A stretch of DNA of 64,000 bases from Isosphaeraceae bacterium (GCA_965201075.1 CBDAVP010000005.1:1-64000), one strand, 5' to 3'; numbered from the stretch's first letter, positions 42,401 to 51,199 are shown. Program-made: numbers and translations. Notes: generated by a model not told the origin, from the sequence alone.

Positions 42401-45116
42401 CACTTCGGCCGCCAATCCCTCCGGTGTGAACCTTTACGCCGCCGGTCGAGTCGCCGGGTCGAACCAGACGCCCGACGCGATCGTGATTGCTTTCAACAAG
42501 CCGCTTGACCCGTCGACCATCAATACCTTGGACGTCCTGCTGGAAGGTTCGGCGGGGACCGGGAACTTCTCGGCACCGACGTTCATCAACCTTGCCGGCC
42601 GGCTGGCCTTTGACCCCTCGACCAACAGCCTGGTCATCACCACCGCCGGCCTGAATTTGACCAGCGATGAATATCGAGTCGTCCTTAAGGGCGTGGGCGC
42701 CAACGTCATCCGTGACCCTCAGGGCAACGCGCTGGACGGCAGGAACCTTGACCCGAACAACAACGACCCCAACACTAACCAACTCCCCCTGCCCTCCGGT
42801 ACGGGACGACCTGGCAGCGACTTCTCGGTCACCTTCACCATAGACACGTCTGCCCCGGTAGTCACGCCGGGCTCGTTCATCCTGGCCGCCGCGAGCGACA
42901 CCAGTGGTGGACTCGACATCACCTCGGTCAACACTCCGACGTTCACCGGCAACGTGACGGACGTATTCCCGCCGGCGAACGCTCGCCAGGGCCTGTCGGT
43001 CTTCCTGGATGTTGCCGTCAATGGCACCAGCGGCGACTTCAACTACTTGAACGTGGGAAGCGCCGTTACCGACGCCGCGGGCAACTTCTCAGTGACGGCC
43101 ACCACTCCCCTTCCCGACAGCCCCTACAACGTCGGGCCCGATGGATTCCTGCCGCCGCCCTATACGGCCGACAACACCGGCTACTCGGTCGCCCGTATCC
43201 GTGTCTTCGACCAGGCCGGCAACATGTCGACCTTCAACGATCCCAACTCGTTGTTCAAGTTCTATATCGACACCACTCACCCTCAAATCACCGCGACGAC
43301 CCCGACCATCGGCTCGCTGGATAGTCCGACCTCCACGACGCTCCACGTGACGTTCAACACCAGCGAGAACATCAACCCCAGCACCCTGACGGCGGCCTCG
43401 ATTGGAATCGTCGGGCCGGACGGTTCGACACCCATACTGGCCCCGGGCAGCATTCAGATCGTCCCCCTCTTCACCGGGGGCGGGGCCGAGCAGATTAGTT
43501 TCGACATCACGGGGGCGACGGTCAACGGCGCCTACGGGATCTTCCTGGCCACCAGCGGGGCGAACGCCGTCAAGGATTTCGCAGGCAACACCCTGGTCGC
43601 CAACACCCCCGGCGGCTACGAGTTGTTCTTCAACGTCCAGACGCCCATCAACAACCGCATCCTCTGGGTGAGCGCCAACAACGGTTCGGATGCCGGGGAT
43701 GGGACCTTCGCCACTCCGTTCCTGACCATCAACGAGGGGATCACCGCCGCTCGCCAGGGGGACATTGTCGCGGTCTTGCCGGGGCTCTACCAGGAAAACG
43801 TCATCCTCAAGTCGTTGGTCCAGGTGATCTCCGCCTCGGGCAACAGCACCGCCACCAGTTTCCTCCCAGGCAACGCGCTTCAAACGGTCATCCGTCCCGC
43901 TTTTTCTCAAGACACGGTTTTCCTTCCGACGGTGCTAGGCTACAACCTCGATAGTATCCCGACCGCTCCGACGGTCTTCTCGGGGTTCACCATCTCCTCG
44001 GTAGCCATCTCGGGCCTCACCACCATCGTTCCCAGTGGAACGGTCGGCCTGTCCTTGACGAACTCGCAGGTTCTGGTCCAGAACAATTACATCCTCGACA
44101 CGGATTCGGGGGCGATCGTCTCCCCCTACTCGAATGGTCACTTCAACGCGACCTTCCAGAACAACGTCTTCGCGGGGAACAACGTCGGGTTGAATGTTTA
44201 CGCCCCGAGCCTGACGATCGGCTCGCCGCCGGTCTACGTCATCAACAACGACTTCGTCTTCAACAACATCGGGATCTACAACAGCGTCACCGCCACGTCG
44301 GAAAAGTCGCTGAACATCACCAACAACATCTTCTGGCAGAACGACCGGGCCGGATTCGGTGGCGCGGCGATCGTGGCGACCGCCGAGAACAAGACGTTCA
44401 TTCAGTACAACGACTTCTCCTTCAACCACAACGGGACCGCCACACCGGCCGACGACACCTTCGGAATCGGGACCGGCCTGGGGTTCAATCCCGTGACCTT
44501 GACGGCCACGCCCAACGCCCTGGGCAATTTCACCGCCGCCCCGAACTTCGTCGCCCCGCTCGACCCCCGGCCGAACTCCAACGGCCCCGCGGCGTTCCTG
44601 TCCTCGGCCAACTACGACCTCAAGGCCAACTCGCCACCCGTCGGCCGGGCCAGTGACGGCTTGGCCCCCAACTACGACATCCTCTACCGCCTGCGGAACA
44701 AGGGCGTCAACAACTCGATCCCGGTCGACATTGGTGCCTTCGAATATCAGGCCTCCACCGGCGGCACGACCTCGACGACCACCACCACGGGGGGGAGTTC
44801 GGGATTGGTCTCCTCCCTGGCGGTCACCGATTCGACGGCGACCTCGGCCGTCACCCCAGCCGTCACTCCGACGGTGACGGCGGCGTCTACCCCGGCGGTG
44901 GGCCTGGCACAATCGCTGCCGACCACGACAACCCCCACGCCGCAAGTGGTGACCGGAACCACTCACCCGAATGCTCGTCAGGCCCACCTGCAGGCGATCA
45001 GCCAGGCCCGCCTGGCCGCCCACATCCGCGCCCAGGCCGCCCTACAGGCCCGCCAGGAAGCCCGAGCCGCCCACCTCGCCCAGATTCACGCCCGGGCCAC
45101 CGCCCGCAGGGTCTGA
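36420..45116 (+). CDS. Giant (2898 aa) planctomycete surface protein with Ig-like domains, beta-helix repeats and DUF1565-like/choice-of-anchor-Q-like segments
   Basis: N-terminal basic stretch + ERLERRTLL. Repeated Ig-like units (F(S/N)xx(M/L/I)(N/D)PST; DxxGNxLDG), PVxxTSxxD/GDWGG-type repeats, GDGTFATPFLTI..GDIVAVLPGLY and D(I/L)GAxEY. Thr/Asn/Gly rich. Confidence 0.92.
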   Translation: MASDKRKGQGPTRRRVSKPLADLTGFERLERRTLLTTSPTSLATSAALQGGFSSLVATPYATADTIPPKITNVSATGRIIFIQFSEAMNPSTINTGTVALLRQDGTDLLLTPGVGLTYSTTGNSAVIDLSSLPQTALPTSSYTVVVSGDATDTSGNHLDGLYQGYFPSGNGVAGTPFWDNLGTITLTAPVVTGLSIAAGSDSGAIGDDNTDITTPVFQGTVRANFPQATAGLVVAVQFSGYQANNQTTLSTGANGRGISGSPDFTVVTDANGFFSFQAPRALPNGSQSVTLVVIGQNDQPNAPANSGLSSTISLNFRVDTTTPYIENASIANGASISALNSLSLFAVDPVYASTPFLAVPTSLNFPALETGAADTVTNYALYNAGLDGVPGTADDVDYSSYIQTANYVNTTNRVKSDDPYTGRIDLTFATGLPSGTYFFVAKGVGGGGPFGLATARGLSDYAGNPLDNRINQPSQDFVTSFTLQPTPVYVTNYQAISNDAFGRYQANGTNGLIYNPAAQIIGNGPKAVYEIPNQATEPQARADAPPYGIVFDFSSQLDPSTVNNQTIQLQYSPDGVFDGAGNDSTFLTTTTVSLGSSISGSVSGQPGFDNRLTLLVDSSTLKAGHYRVVIANIGSQTLRDIYGQALDGEFIGSQNAAGAYQTLLPDGSIRYGLSGDAQAGGGFTTGFLVVPTGNVLFARADYTSYSVTSPSSSTYPNGSYTQPFQVLAPQATTTGLNNGNLNDPSLNGYDPNQDRAQIQRFAPSAFYAAQVLSAKGPVVIQALPSQFNTTQDFTFNLPPRVVNGVPLDGSASVPYNTTLIFQAGAVVRLFNASLFAQNQGTAIQALGTSNRPVIFTSFNDTSIGTAYTGQDPHGGDWGGVVYRNFDQSGVAVKNATPSQARDDRFPIDGLLKGANGGIARAGEDDALSILNFVHLSFGGGPVPQTLGTLGSGYDVVELVNSRPVLTNLVIANSGTTSSSSGATVAQAAVGADFDSFREDAVARGPLLRNDSFVNNSINGVLLRAQANGAVEQTNAIYYANNPTSAGGDRNFVFDDPLPYVVASNFRLGTEFQFDSNNAEFVVSNRTYIQPGMLFKFERGAGLDVDPLDGSASYWAGQALHTGGEVDRPTSLNIGDRNYIIGYDANHNYAPLNPDGSVNSQFLPDSANDARVLFTSFYDDKATTTYTNPATGVVTTIVPANDTANLTLGGTRPVPPGFEPSPGNVPDVARWGGISLRSGVQGIINDAQFQYGGGSVNTLDGTITQRAVLNFQDSQGIFTSFFDPVNPDALIGGTGTHVMVTNNNFYDNTDTPIGIDPDGLLAADPLRPLLSGKPFIRGNVLQRNDINGLGIVGTPNLGKNLVYLFEGANLDVNSVWDQSDITYVLRGTIVLDGKAPKAPSSTFSAEIQPAVTLTVQSSLANTLLPDGTRIAVPGESTIVKLLTIDGYSPPVFSLTQTTAATQNTNLYGGAGFIVGVDNGVDPPTEPLLDGGLESQIRFLGIGGNESTGQSRVPVVLTSLHDDSVGTTVRGVTMNQAVYNPTNSPDRVLVQAPAAGDGGVIYIGANSLFTYNLFDNREGSRIDNVDLRYMTRVEYQDGGIADTFTSSTKTDGNVLIDDLLGNTPATQNNAQRNSAITNSNFSNFSNVGIVEHAGFGSIIRTITENADGTFSASGYSSPHISPTFGEEGGTLYVANNTFSNIPIGIQILGTSDPAQPDLTHPAFVGSSNLVAIYNTFYNVPTGIQGAVGSGGAGGPVGSILAMDNIFSNSTTASLTTALQLPMFNGTYFSGIIGQSAAQYNLFNNSPLPAFTAAFSGGPSAPTPAITGDPLFVNPANGDFQLNQFSATGVPSAAIDAARSELSGFFGGLLQPIATQQADILATPIRNATNNSNDESFTFQSVIGSTSLVALGGLASRTFLDQFIAVLPGTPGASPGVGGDGAVNWFLPVGGERDQRGFLRQDDTNVPNVGFGAQPFFDLGAQEYRQLFPPEVTAVLATSAANPSGVNLYAAGRVAGSNQTPDAIVIAFNKPLDPSTINTLDVLLEGSAGTGNFSAPTFINLAGRLAFDPSTNSLVITTAGLNLTSDEYRVVLKGVGANVIRDPQGNALDGRNLDPNNNDPNTNQLPLPSGTGRPGSDFSVTFTIDTSAPVVTPGSFILAAASDTSGGLDITSVNTPTFTGNVTDVFPPANARQGLSVFLDVAVNGTSGDFNYLNVGSAVTDAAGNFSVTATTPLPDSPYNVGPDGFLPPPYTADNTGYSVARIRVFDQAGNMSTFNDPNSLFKFYIDTTHPQITATTPTIGSLDSPTSTTLHVTFNTSENINPSTLTAASIGIVGPDGSTPILAPGSIQIVPLFTGGGAEQISFDITGATVNGAYGIFLATSGANAVKDFAGNTLVANTPGGYELFFNVQTPINNRILWVSANNGSDAGDGTFATPFLTINEGITAARQGDIVAVLPGLYQENVILKSLVQVISASGNSTATSFLPGNALQTVIRPAFSQDTVFLPTVLGYNLDSIPTAPTVFSGFTISSVAISGLTTIVPSGTVGLSLTNSQVLVQNNYILDTDSGAIVSPYSNGHFNATFQNNVFAGNNVGLNVYAPSLTIGSPPVYVINNDFVFNNIGIYNSVTATSEKSLNITNNIFWQNDRAGFGGAAIVATAENKTFIQYNDFSFNHNGTATPADDTFGIGTGLGFNPVTLTATPNALGNFTAAPNFVAPLDPRPNSNGPAAFLSSANYDLKANSPPVGRASDGLAPNYDILYRLRNKGVNNSIPVDIGAFEYQASTGGTTSTTTTTGGSSGLVSSLAVTDSTATSAVTPAVTPTVTAASTPAVGLAQSLPTTTTPTPQVVTGTTHPNARQAHLQAISQARLAAHIRAQAALQARQEARAAHLAQIHARATARRV

Positions 45117-45170
45117 GAGATCCAGACTTGGGCGAATCGCCGCCCGGTCCCTACTTCGTCAAATCGTCCT

Positions 45171-45194
45171 CGGGCGGCCCTTACGGGCCGCCCG
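45171..45194. terminator. Hairpin between convergent genes (probable bidirectional terminator)
   Basis: Perfect 10-bp stem CGGGCGGCCC-TTAC-GGGCCGCCCG. Confidence 0.7.
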
Positions 45195-45225
45195 CTTCAG
45201 TTTGAGGCAGCATGAAGCGAGTCGG

Positions 45226-46080
45226 TCAAACGGAGTTCGCGGCGACTCTGCTGATGATCGCCTCGCTGGAGTCCCATAACTTTCGGGCCGCGGCGTCGTC
45301 ACGGGCTTGAGCCGAGGGTGTGCTTTCCTTGCACTTGACGAAGAAACGTCCCGACAGGCCGGCCACTTCCGGGGAACTGGCCAGGTAGACAGTGGTCCGT
45401 GCCCCGGCCTCGGGATCGATGGCGGCGACCGACGCCAACCGCCGGAACACCCAGCCCAGAAACCCATTGCCCGCGACAAAATTCGTGGCGACAAATCCGG
45501 GATGAAGGCAGTTGGCCGTTACCCCAGACCCGTCCAACCGACGGGCCAGCTCTCGGGTAAAGAGGATATTCGCGAGCTTCGATCGTCCATAAACCCAGTA
45601 GCCGGAATAGCCACGACGGGCCTCAAGGTCGTCGAAGTCCAGACGCATCCCAAGGTGGGCCATTGACGCGACATTGATGACGCGGGACCCGGCTGTCGTC
45701 TTGAGCGTCTCAATCAGAAGTTCAGTCAATAGAAAATAGGCAAGATGGTTCAGGGCGAACGTCCGCTCGATGCCATCCACGGTCTCAGCGCGGCGGTCAA
45801 ACATTGCCCCGGCGTTGTTAATCAGGACATCGAGTCGAGCGTGCCGTTCCTGAAACTCGCGGGCGAGTCTCCGAATCTCGGATTGCGACGAAAGGTCGGC
45901 GATCAGGTGCGTGACCGCGGACTGACCGGTCTCGCGTCGAATGCGTTCGACGGTCGCCTCGGCCTTGGCGGTGTCGCGGCCGACAAGTACGACGGTGGCA
46001 CCCTTACGGGCGAGTTCGCGGGCCGTCACCTCGCCAATCCCCGACGTGCCACCCGTCACCAGGCAAACGTTTCCGTCCAT
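45226..46080 (-). CDS. Short-chain dehydrogenase/reductase (retinol dehydrogenase-like)
   Basis: VTGGTSGIG, INNAG, YGRSK and HPGFVAT. An alternative start lies at 46128. Confidence 0.93.
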   Translation of the reverse strand: MDGNVCLVTGGTSGIGEVTARELARKGATVVLVGRDTAKAEATVERIRRETGQSAVTHLIADLSSQSEIRRLAREFQERHARLDVLINNAGAMFDRRAETVDGIERTFALNHLAYFLLTELLIETLKTTAGSRVINVASMAHLGMRLDFDDLEARRGYSGYWVYGRSKLANILFTRELARRLDGSGVTANCLHPGFVATNFVAGNGFLGWVFRRLASVAAIDPEAGARTTVYLASSPEVAGLSGRFFVKCKESTPSAQARDDAAARKLWDSSEAIISRVAANSV

Positions 46081-46218
46081 CGCGATTTCCGCCCCCGTCA
46101 AAAGGTCCAAAACCTGCCACTCATTCATGGTAGGCCCGAAGCGCCGGCGGAGCGACCGGCGCTGGCCTCGGGTCTTCCACGATGAGCGTATCTCTCAAGG
46201 ATAGGAAGAGCCGGAATC

Positions 46219-47625
46219 TCAACGACGGACGAGATTACCGGCGACGAAGCCGAGAAGACCCGTCAGGGCGACCCCGATGAGGGCCTGGACTCCCGAAAGG
46301 AGATGAGTCCATTCCCCCCCCGAGGCCAGTCCCGAGGCGGCGTCGCCGGAGGAGGCCATCGCCAGGAAACTGAAGACCAACAGATCCACGGGGTTGCGGG
46401 TCGTCACCGAATTGCCCTCCTTGATCCGGATCACGCCGCCGGTGACTCCGTACCAAAGGGCGAACACCAGGATGACCACTCCCATCGCGGCCAGGATGCG
46501 GGCGACACTTTCACCGTAGTCGCAGACCCATTCGACGATCTGGTCGCTGAGGAAATCGAATCCTGCGCCACCGGCCTCCCACCGTTGGCGGTTGGCCCAC
46601 GCGGCTCGGAAGCGACGGCCCGCCTCGGCCTTCTGCATCCGTCGGCGGCGGCGATAGGCCCAGCTCGCGGCGTCGGGGTCTCCCAGTTCGGCGAAGGCTC
46701 GCTCCAACGAGAGATACCCCTTCCGGGCCTCGTCGTAATCCCCAGCCAGTTCCTCGCCGATGACACCGCCGAATTGAGCCTGGGAGATCCTGGCCCGATC
46801 CAACCGGGCGCCGCTGAGGTGGACGTGTGTCAGGTCGCAACGGGAAAGGTCCAGGCCTTGGAGCCTCGCTCCGCTGAGCGAGGCTCCGCCCAGGGCAACT
46901 CCCTCGATCACCGCGGCTCGCAGGTCGGCGTCTCGAAAAATCGCGCGGCGGCAGTCGGCCCGGCCCAGCGTCGCCCCAGCGAGGCGAGCCCGGGTAAAGT
47001 CGGCTTCCTGGAGATTGGCCTCCTTGAAGATGGTGCCACGCAAGTCCGCCCCAATGAGCGTGGCACCTTCGAGGTTCGCCCCCCAAAGGTCGGCCCGTCG
47101 CAGGTCGGCGCCATCGAGTGCCGCGTCGCGGAGATCAACGAAGCGTAGCGACGCCCCGCGGAGGTCGGCCTCTTCGAACAACGCCCGGCGAAGGTCGGCC
47201 CCATCGAGCACCGCGCGGCGGAGGTCGGAATTGGCGAGGTCGGCGTCTTGAAGTTCCGCCCGCTCCAGGATTGCCCGTCGCAGTTCGGCCCCTCCCAGGG
47301 CCGCCCCCTCCAGCCTCGCCTCGGGCAGTTCGACCGTGTTGAGGATCGCCCCGCGCAATCTCGCCCCTCGCAGGTCGGCCCCTTTCAGGGAAGGGATCCG
47401 GCGGGCGTCGGGCTCACCCTCCCCATTGCCGTGAGCGGTCAGGTCGAGCCCATCGAGCATCGCCCCCTGGCCATCCACGGCCGGAAGGACCAGACGGTTC
47501 GAGGGATGCTCGCCGACCAGCCGAAGGACGATGGCCGCCCGTTGCTCGGGCCCGCAAGACATCAGGGCCTCGAACGTCGCTGAAGAGGTCGGCGCGGCTC
47601 CTGCCGGCTCGGAGGAGGAGGTCAC
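46219..47625 (-). CDS. Pentapeptide-repeat protein with C-terminal two-TM ion-channel-like module
   Basis: Long A(D/N)LxxA pentapeptide array, then CDYGES, TM, LLVFSF pore-like helix and a second TM. Confidence 0.88.
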   Translation of the reverse strand: MTSSSEPAGAAPTSSATFEALMSCGPEQRAAIVLRLVGEHPSNRLVLPAVDGQGAMLDGLDLTAHGNGEGEPDARRIPSLKGADLRGARLRGAILNTVELPEARLEGAALGGAELRRAILERAELQDADLANSDLRRAVLDGADLRRALFEEADLRGASLRFVDLRDAALDGADLRRADLWGANLEGATLIGADLRGTIFKEANLQEADFTRARLAGATLGRADCRRAIFRDADLRAAVIEGVALGGASLSGARLQGLDLSRCDLTHVHLSGARLDRARISQAQFGGVIGEELAGDYDEARKGYLSLERAFAELGDPDAASWAYRRRRRMQKAEAGRRFRAAWANRQRWEAGGAGFDFLSDQIVEWVCDYGESVARILAAMGVVILVFALWYGVTGGVIRIKEGNSVTTRNPVDLLVFSFLAMASSGDAASGLASGGEWTHLLSGVQALIGVALTGLLGFVAGNLVRR

Positions 47626-47850
47626 GGCGAGGGCGGCTCCACTGAGGGGCGATCGATGGGATTCACCCCGCTCCGTGTCGCAAGTCGGATACCATCAAGG
47701 GAATGCCTCCGGACCGCGTTGCGGTCATGGCCGTACCGACGATCTCCCGTTTCCAATCAGAACAACCAGTGGCCTTGTAGGTGGGAATCGCCGGGAGGCC
47801 CGTTGTCCTATGCTGGGTTCGGATTTTCAGACGACTGGGGGGAATCGACC

Positions 47851-48780
47851 ATGACGGCACGTGAGCGAATTGGGGTGGCAGGACTGGCCGGATTCGTGGG
47901 AATGATGATCTCCGCGGCAGATCCCCCGGCTCAACCCTCCCCGCCCATCAACGCGCCAAATCCTTTCGAGCGGCTGGACCTGGAATTCCGGGATCTCTAT
48001 GCCTCTGCTCGATCGGCCACGCTGGCGAAATTTGGCCCGATCGTCGTGGTCGACCGCGACGCTCTGATCCTGATCCACGAAGGACGTCGCGAGGTGGTGG
48101 CGGTCATCCCGCCGGTCTTCCACCAATGGAAATCCATCGCCCATGTGCCCTTGTCGCTGGAGGTGGCCCTGGCCTCTTGCGGCAACGGGCCGATCGACGC
48201 GGACCGCCTCTGCCGGCTTCGCTCACTTCGGTCCCGGATCGAGGACCTGGAGCGGGCCTTGGATGACGCCGGTTTCTCTCCGGAACGGGCGGCCCAGGCT
48301 AAAACCCTGGTGCAACGATCGGCCGCGTTCCTCGACGAAGTCCTGGCCAGTGGACGATCCGACTCCTCGGCCCTGAATCGAGTGACACGCGAGGCCGGAC
48401 CGATCGCGATGGCGCTGGTCGGCGACGCGGCCCGCGCCGAGATTGATGCCTATCGTTCGCAACTCTCAACCTGGCGTCGTGTGTTGAACCAGGACCAATG
48501 GGCGAGTCTACGGGTCGTGGTCCGAGGCGTCGCGATGCCCCGCCGTCACAACACGGCGGTCCAGTTCTTCGCCAAGCTGCTGGACCTGCCGGGCGAGTCG
48601 CCTCGCCTGGTTTACGCCGAAGGGCTGGCCGACGAGGCCCAGGCTCTCGACCTTTTGGCGACCCATGCCCTCGACGGCGAACTCGGCCGGGCCTTCTTTG
48701 CCGACGACTCAAGGATGGAGTCGGACCTGCTGGGCAACGCCGCCGCGGCCTACCTTGATACCCTGGATCTCACCCGCTGA
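47851..48780 (+). CDS. Hypothetical exported protein
   Basis: GGGGGA RBS; signal-like N-terminus, Pro-rich linker and a helical body with KSIAHVPL and MPR motifs. Confidence 0.7.
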   Translation: MTARERIGVAGLAGFVGMMISAADPPAQPSPPINAPNPFERLDLEFRDLYASARSATLAKFGPIVVVDRDALILIHEGRREVVAVIPPVFHQWKSIAHVPLSLEVALASCGNGPIDADRLCRLRSLRSRIEDLERALDDAGFSPERAAQAKTLVQRSAAFLDEVLASGRSDSSALNRVTREAGPIAMALVGDAARAEIDAYRSQLSTWRRVLNQDQWASLRVVVRGVAMPRRHNTAVQFFAKLLDLPGESPRLVYAEGLADEAQALDLLATHALDGELGRAFFADDSRMESDLLGNAAAAYLDTLDLTR

Positions 48781-48828
48781 CCTTGGTCGGTGTGAACATT
48801 TGTCGATCGGAGAAGGTGGGTAGCCTGG

Positions 48829-49980
48829 CTAACCGGCCTGGTCGATCTTCAATGCGTGGCGAGAGAGAATCTCAGCCCCGCTCTCGATGACCAGGTAATT
48901 GCGCTCGATCCGTATCCCGCCCTCGTTGTCGACGTACAAACCCGGTTCCAGTGTCACCACGTCACCGGCCTTGAGAATTTCGGAGGAGTTCGGGGTAAAG
49001 TAAGGAGGCTCGGGATGGCCCAGCCCAATCCCGTGGCCGGTGTGGTGGACGAACGCCTCGGCCAGCCCTCGACGAGCGAACTCGCCACGCACCGCGGCGT
49101 CGACGTCCTTCGCGGGGATACCCGCCTTCAACGTGGCCTCCCCGGCCGCCAACGCCTCAAGGCAGGCGTCGTACAGTTCTCGTTGTCGAGGCGTGGGTGG
49201 TCCCCCCACGGCGAATGTGTTGGTGAAGTCGCCACGATAGCCCCCCACGACCACCGAGAAATCCAGCAGCAGCAGGTCCCCCGACTCGATGACTCGGGTC
49301 GAGGGAGCGCCTCCCTTGTCCTTCCAGGTCCGGGGGCCCGAGACAAAGTCGCCGTAGATGATCGCCCGTTCTCCCAGTTCCGTCTGCGCCTCGGCCTGGA
49401 CGAGTTGAGAAACGTCCAGCTCGGTCATCCCCGGCCGGGCGTGAGCCAGGGCCGCGGCCTGCGCGGCCTCGCCGGCCCTCATGGAACGATTCAGCAGGGC
49501 CAGCTCGTCGGCGTCCTTCACTCGACGCAGGTTTCGCAGGAAGGGGCCGACGTCGATGAGTTCCACATCCGACCGAGTGGCCCGAAGGCCCTCAACCACT
49601 CCCGCCGGCACTGCCGCCAGTTCGACGCCAATCCGCCGTCCGGGCAGCTTTGCCAGAACCTCCAGGGTCCGCCGCACAACCAGTCCACGACGGTAAGGGG
49701 CGGAGTGGTCGCCGTCGTACCAGGTTGGGGCGACGATTTCCTCGACGTGGGCCTGGGCAAGAGAGGGGCCGAGCATGTCGTCGGCCACCAAGGTCGCGGT
49801 CTCGGGACCGAGGACCAGGGCCGCCGACCACTCGTTGGACCGAAACTCGAAAGGCGAGGGGACAAGGTCGGCCAGGTAGATCAGGTGGGCGGGGTCTGCG
49901 ATGACCAGGGCGTCGCAGTGCGGAGTCAAGGCGGCGCGAAGCCGGGCCCGGCGGATCGCGCACCCCTCGGCGGTTAGCAT
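48829..49980 (-). CDS. Xaa-Pro peptidase (M24 family)
   Basis: LRRVKDADE, LLDF..GYRGDFTNT, HHTGHGIGLGHPE, TLEPGLY and GIRIE. Confidence 0.93.
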   Translation of the reverse strand: MLTAEGCAIRRARLRAALTPHCDALVIADPAHLIYLADLVPSPFEFRSNEWSAALVLGPETATLVADDMLGPSLAQAHVEEIVAPTWYDGDHSAPYRRGLVVRRTLEVLAKLPGRRIGVELAAVPAGVVEGLRATRSDVELIDVGPFLRNLRRVKDADELALLNRSMRAGEAAQAAALAHARPGMTELDVSQLVQAEAQTELGERAIIYGDFVSGPRTWKDKGGAPSTRVIESGDLLLLDFSVVVGGYRGDFTNTFAVGGPPTPRQRELYDACLEALAAGEATLKAGIPAKDVDAAVRGEFARRGLAEAFVHHTGHGIGLGHPEPPYFTPNSSEILKAGDVVTLEPGLYVDNEGGIRIERNYLVIESGAEILSRHALKIDQAG

Positions 49981-50059
49981 GAGTGAGTCTCGAAAAGCCG
50001 TTCCGTCGCCAGTGTTGAGGATGTGGCTGGGTCACCGATCCGCGTTCCCCGCGGGAATC

Positions 50060-51148
50060 TCAGCGCTGAACCCGCGCCGAGCCACCCTTGGCCAGGGCTT
50101 CGACCTCGGCCCTGGTCGCCTGGCTGACGTCGCCGGTGTAGGTGGTCAGCAAGGCACCGTGGGCCCAGCCGAGGCGGAGCGATTCCTCGGGAGAGCGGCC
50201 AGTCAACAATCCCGAGAGCAGACCGCCCGCGAACCCGTCGCCGCCGCCGATCCGGTCGATGACGTCCAGATGCATTGTCGGGCTGACATACCGCTGGCCG
50301 TCGAGCCACAGGACCGCGGCCCAGTCGTGGCGGTTGGTCGAGTGAACCTCTCTCAATGTCGTCCCCACCATCTTGATGTTGGGGAACTGGTCGATCACCC
50401 GCTCGATCAGCCCGAAGAAGGTCTCGGGATCGAGCTTGGATTGCGACTTCTTGGTGACCTCGGGCCCGGCGATTCCCAGACCTTTTTGAAGATCCTCCTC
50501 GTTGCCGATCAGAGCATCGAGGTTGCCGGCGATCCCTCGCAGGACTTCCTGACCCTTGGCGTCACCGCCGACGGAGGCCCATAACTTCGCCCGGTAGTTC
50601 AGGTCGAACGAGGTGATGGCGCCACTCGCCTTGGCCGCCTTCATCCCCTCGACGATCAACGGAGCGGTCGTCTCCGAGAGCGCGGCGAAAATCCCGCCGG
50701 AATGAAACCAGCGCACCCCTTTCGCGAAGATCGCTTGCCAGTCAAAGTCGCCAGGTTTCAGGAGGGCGCCGGCTTCGTTGGAACGGTTGTAGAAGACCAC
50801 CGGGGCGCGAACTCCGTGCCCCTGATCGCTGTAAACAGTGGCGATGTTGGGTCCGCGGACGCCATCGTGATCGAAGAATTTGTAGTGGGGGACAACTCCG
50901 GCCTCGCGAACGCGGCCCTGAACCAGGTCGCCGATAGGATAACGGACCATCGCCGTCGCCACGCCCGCTTTCAGGCCGAAGCAGTCGGCCAGCCCGGCGG
51001 CGACGTTGTACTCGCCTCCCGAGACGTGGATGTCAAACGACCGCGCCTTGCGGAACGGGGTCGTTCCCGGGTCGAGCCGGTGGACCAGGGCCCCCAAGGA
51101 AAGAAAGTCCAGATCGCAGGCGTCCGTCCGCACGTTCAGACCGCTCAT
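50060..51148 (-). CDS. kdgK: PfkB-family sugar kinase, 2-keto-3-deoxygluconate kinase-like
   Basis: SGGEYNVA, SFDLNYRAKLW, GNEED and DRIGGGDGFAGG. Confidence 0.8.
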   Translation of the reverse strand: MSGLNVRTDACDLDFLSLGALVHRLDPGTTPFRKARSFDIHVSGGEYNVAAGLADCFGLKAGVATAMVRYPIGDLVQGRVREAGVVPHYKFFDHDGVRGPNIATVYSDQGHGVRAPVVFYNRSNEAGALLKPGDFDWQAIFAKGVRWFHSGGIFAALSETTAPLIVEGMKAAKASGAITSFDLNYRAKLWASVGGDAKGQEVLRGIAGNLDALIGNEEDLQKGLGIAGPEVTKKSQSKLDPETFFGLIERVIDQFPNIKMVGTTLREVHSTNRHDWAAVLWLDGQRYVSPTMHLDVIDRIGGGDGFAGGLLSGLLTGRSPEESLRLGWAHGALLTTYTGDVSQATRAEVEALAKGGSARVQR

Positions 51149-51199
51149 GTCGAAACCCCTCTCTTACGCGTTCGCCTTCGCCCGGATCTCACTGGTGGC

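Noticed and set aside
46780..47400. Recurrent CAGGTCGGC-like DNA repeats resembling an array
   Set aside because: Explained by pentapeptide (ADL) codons; not a CRISPR array.
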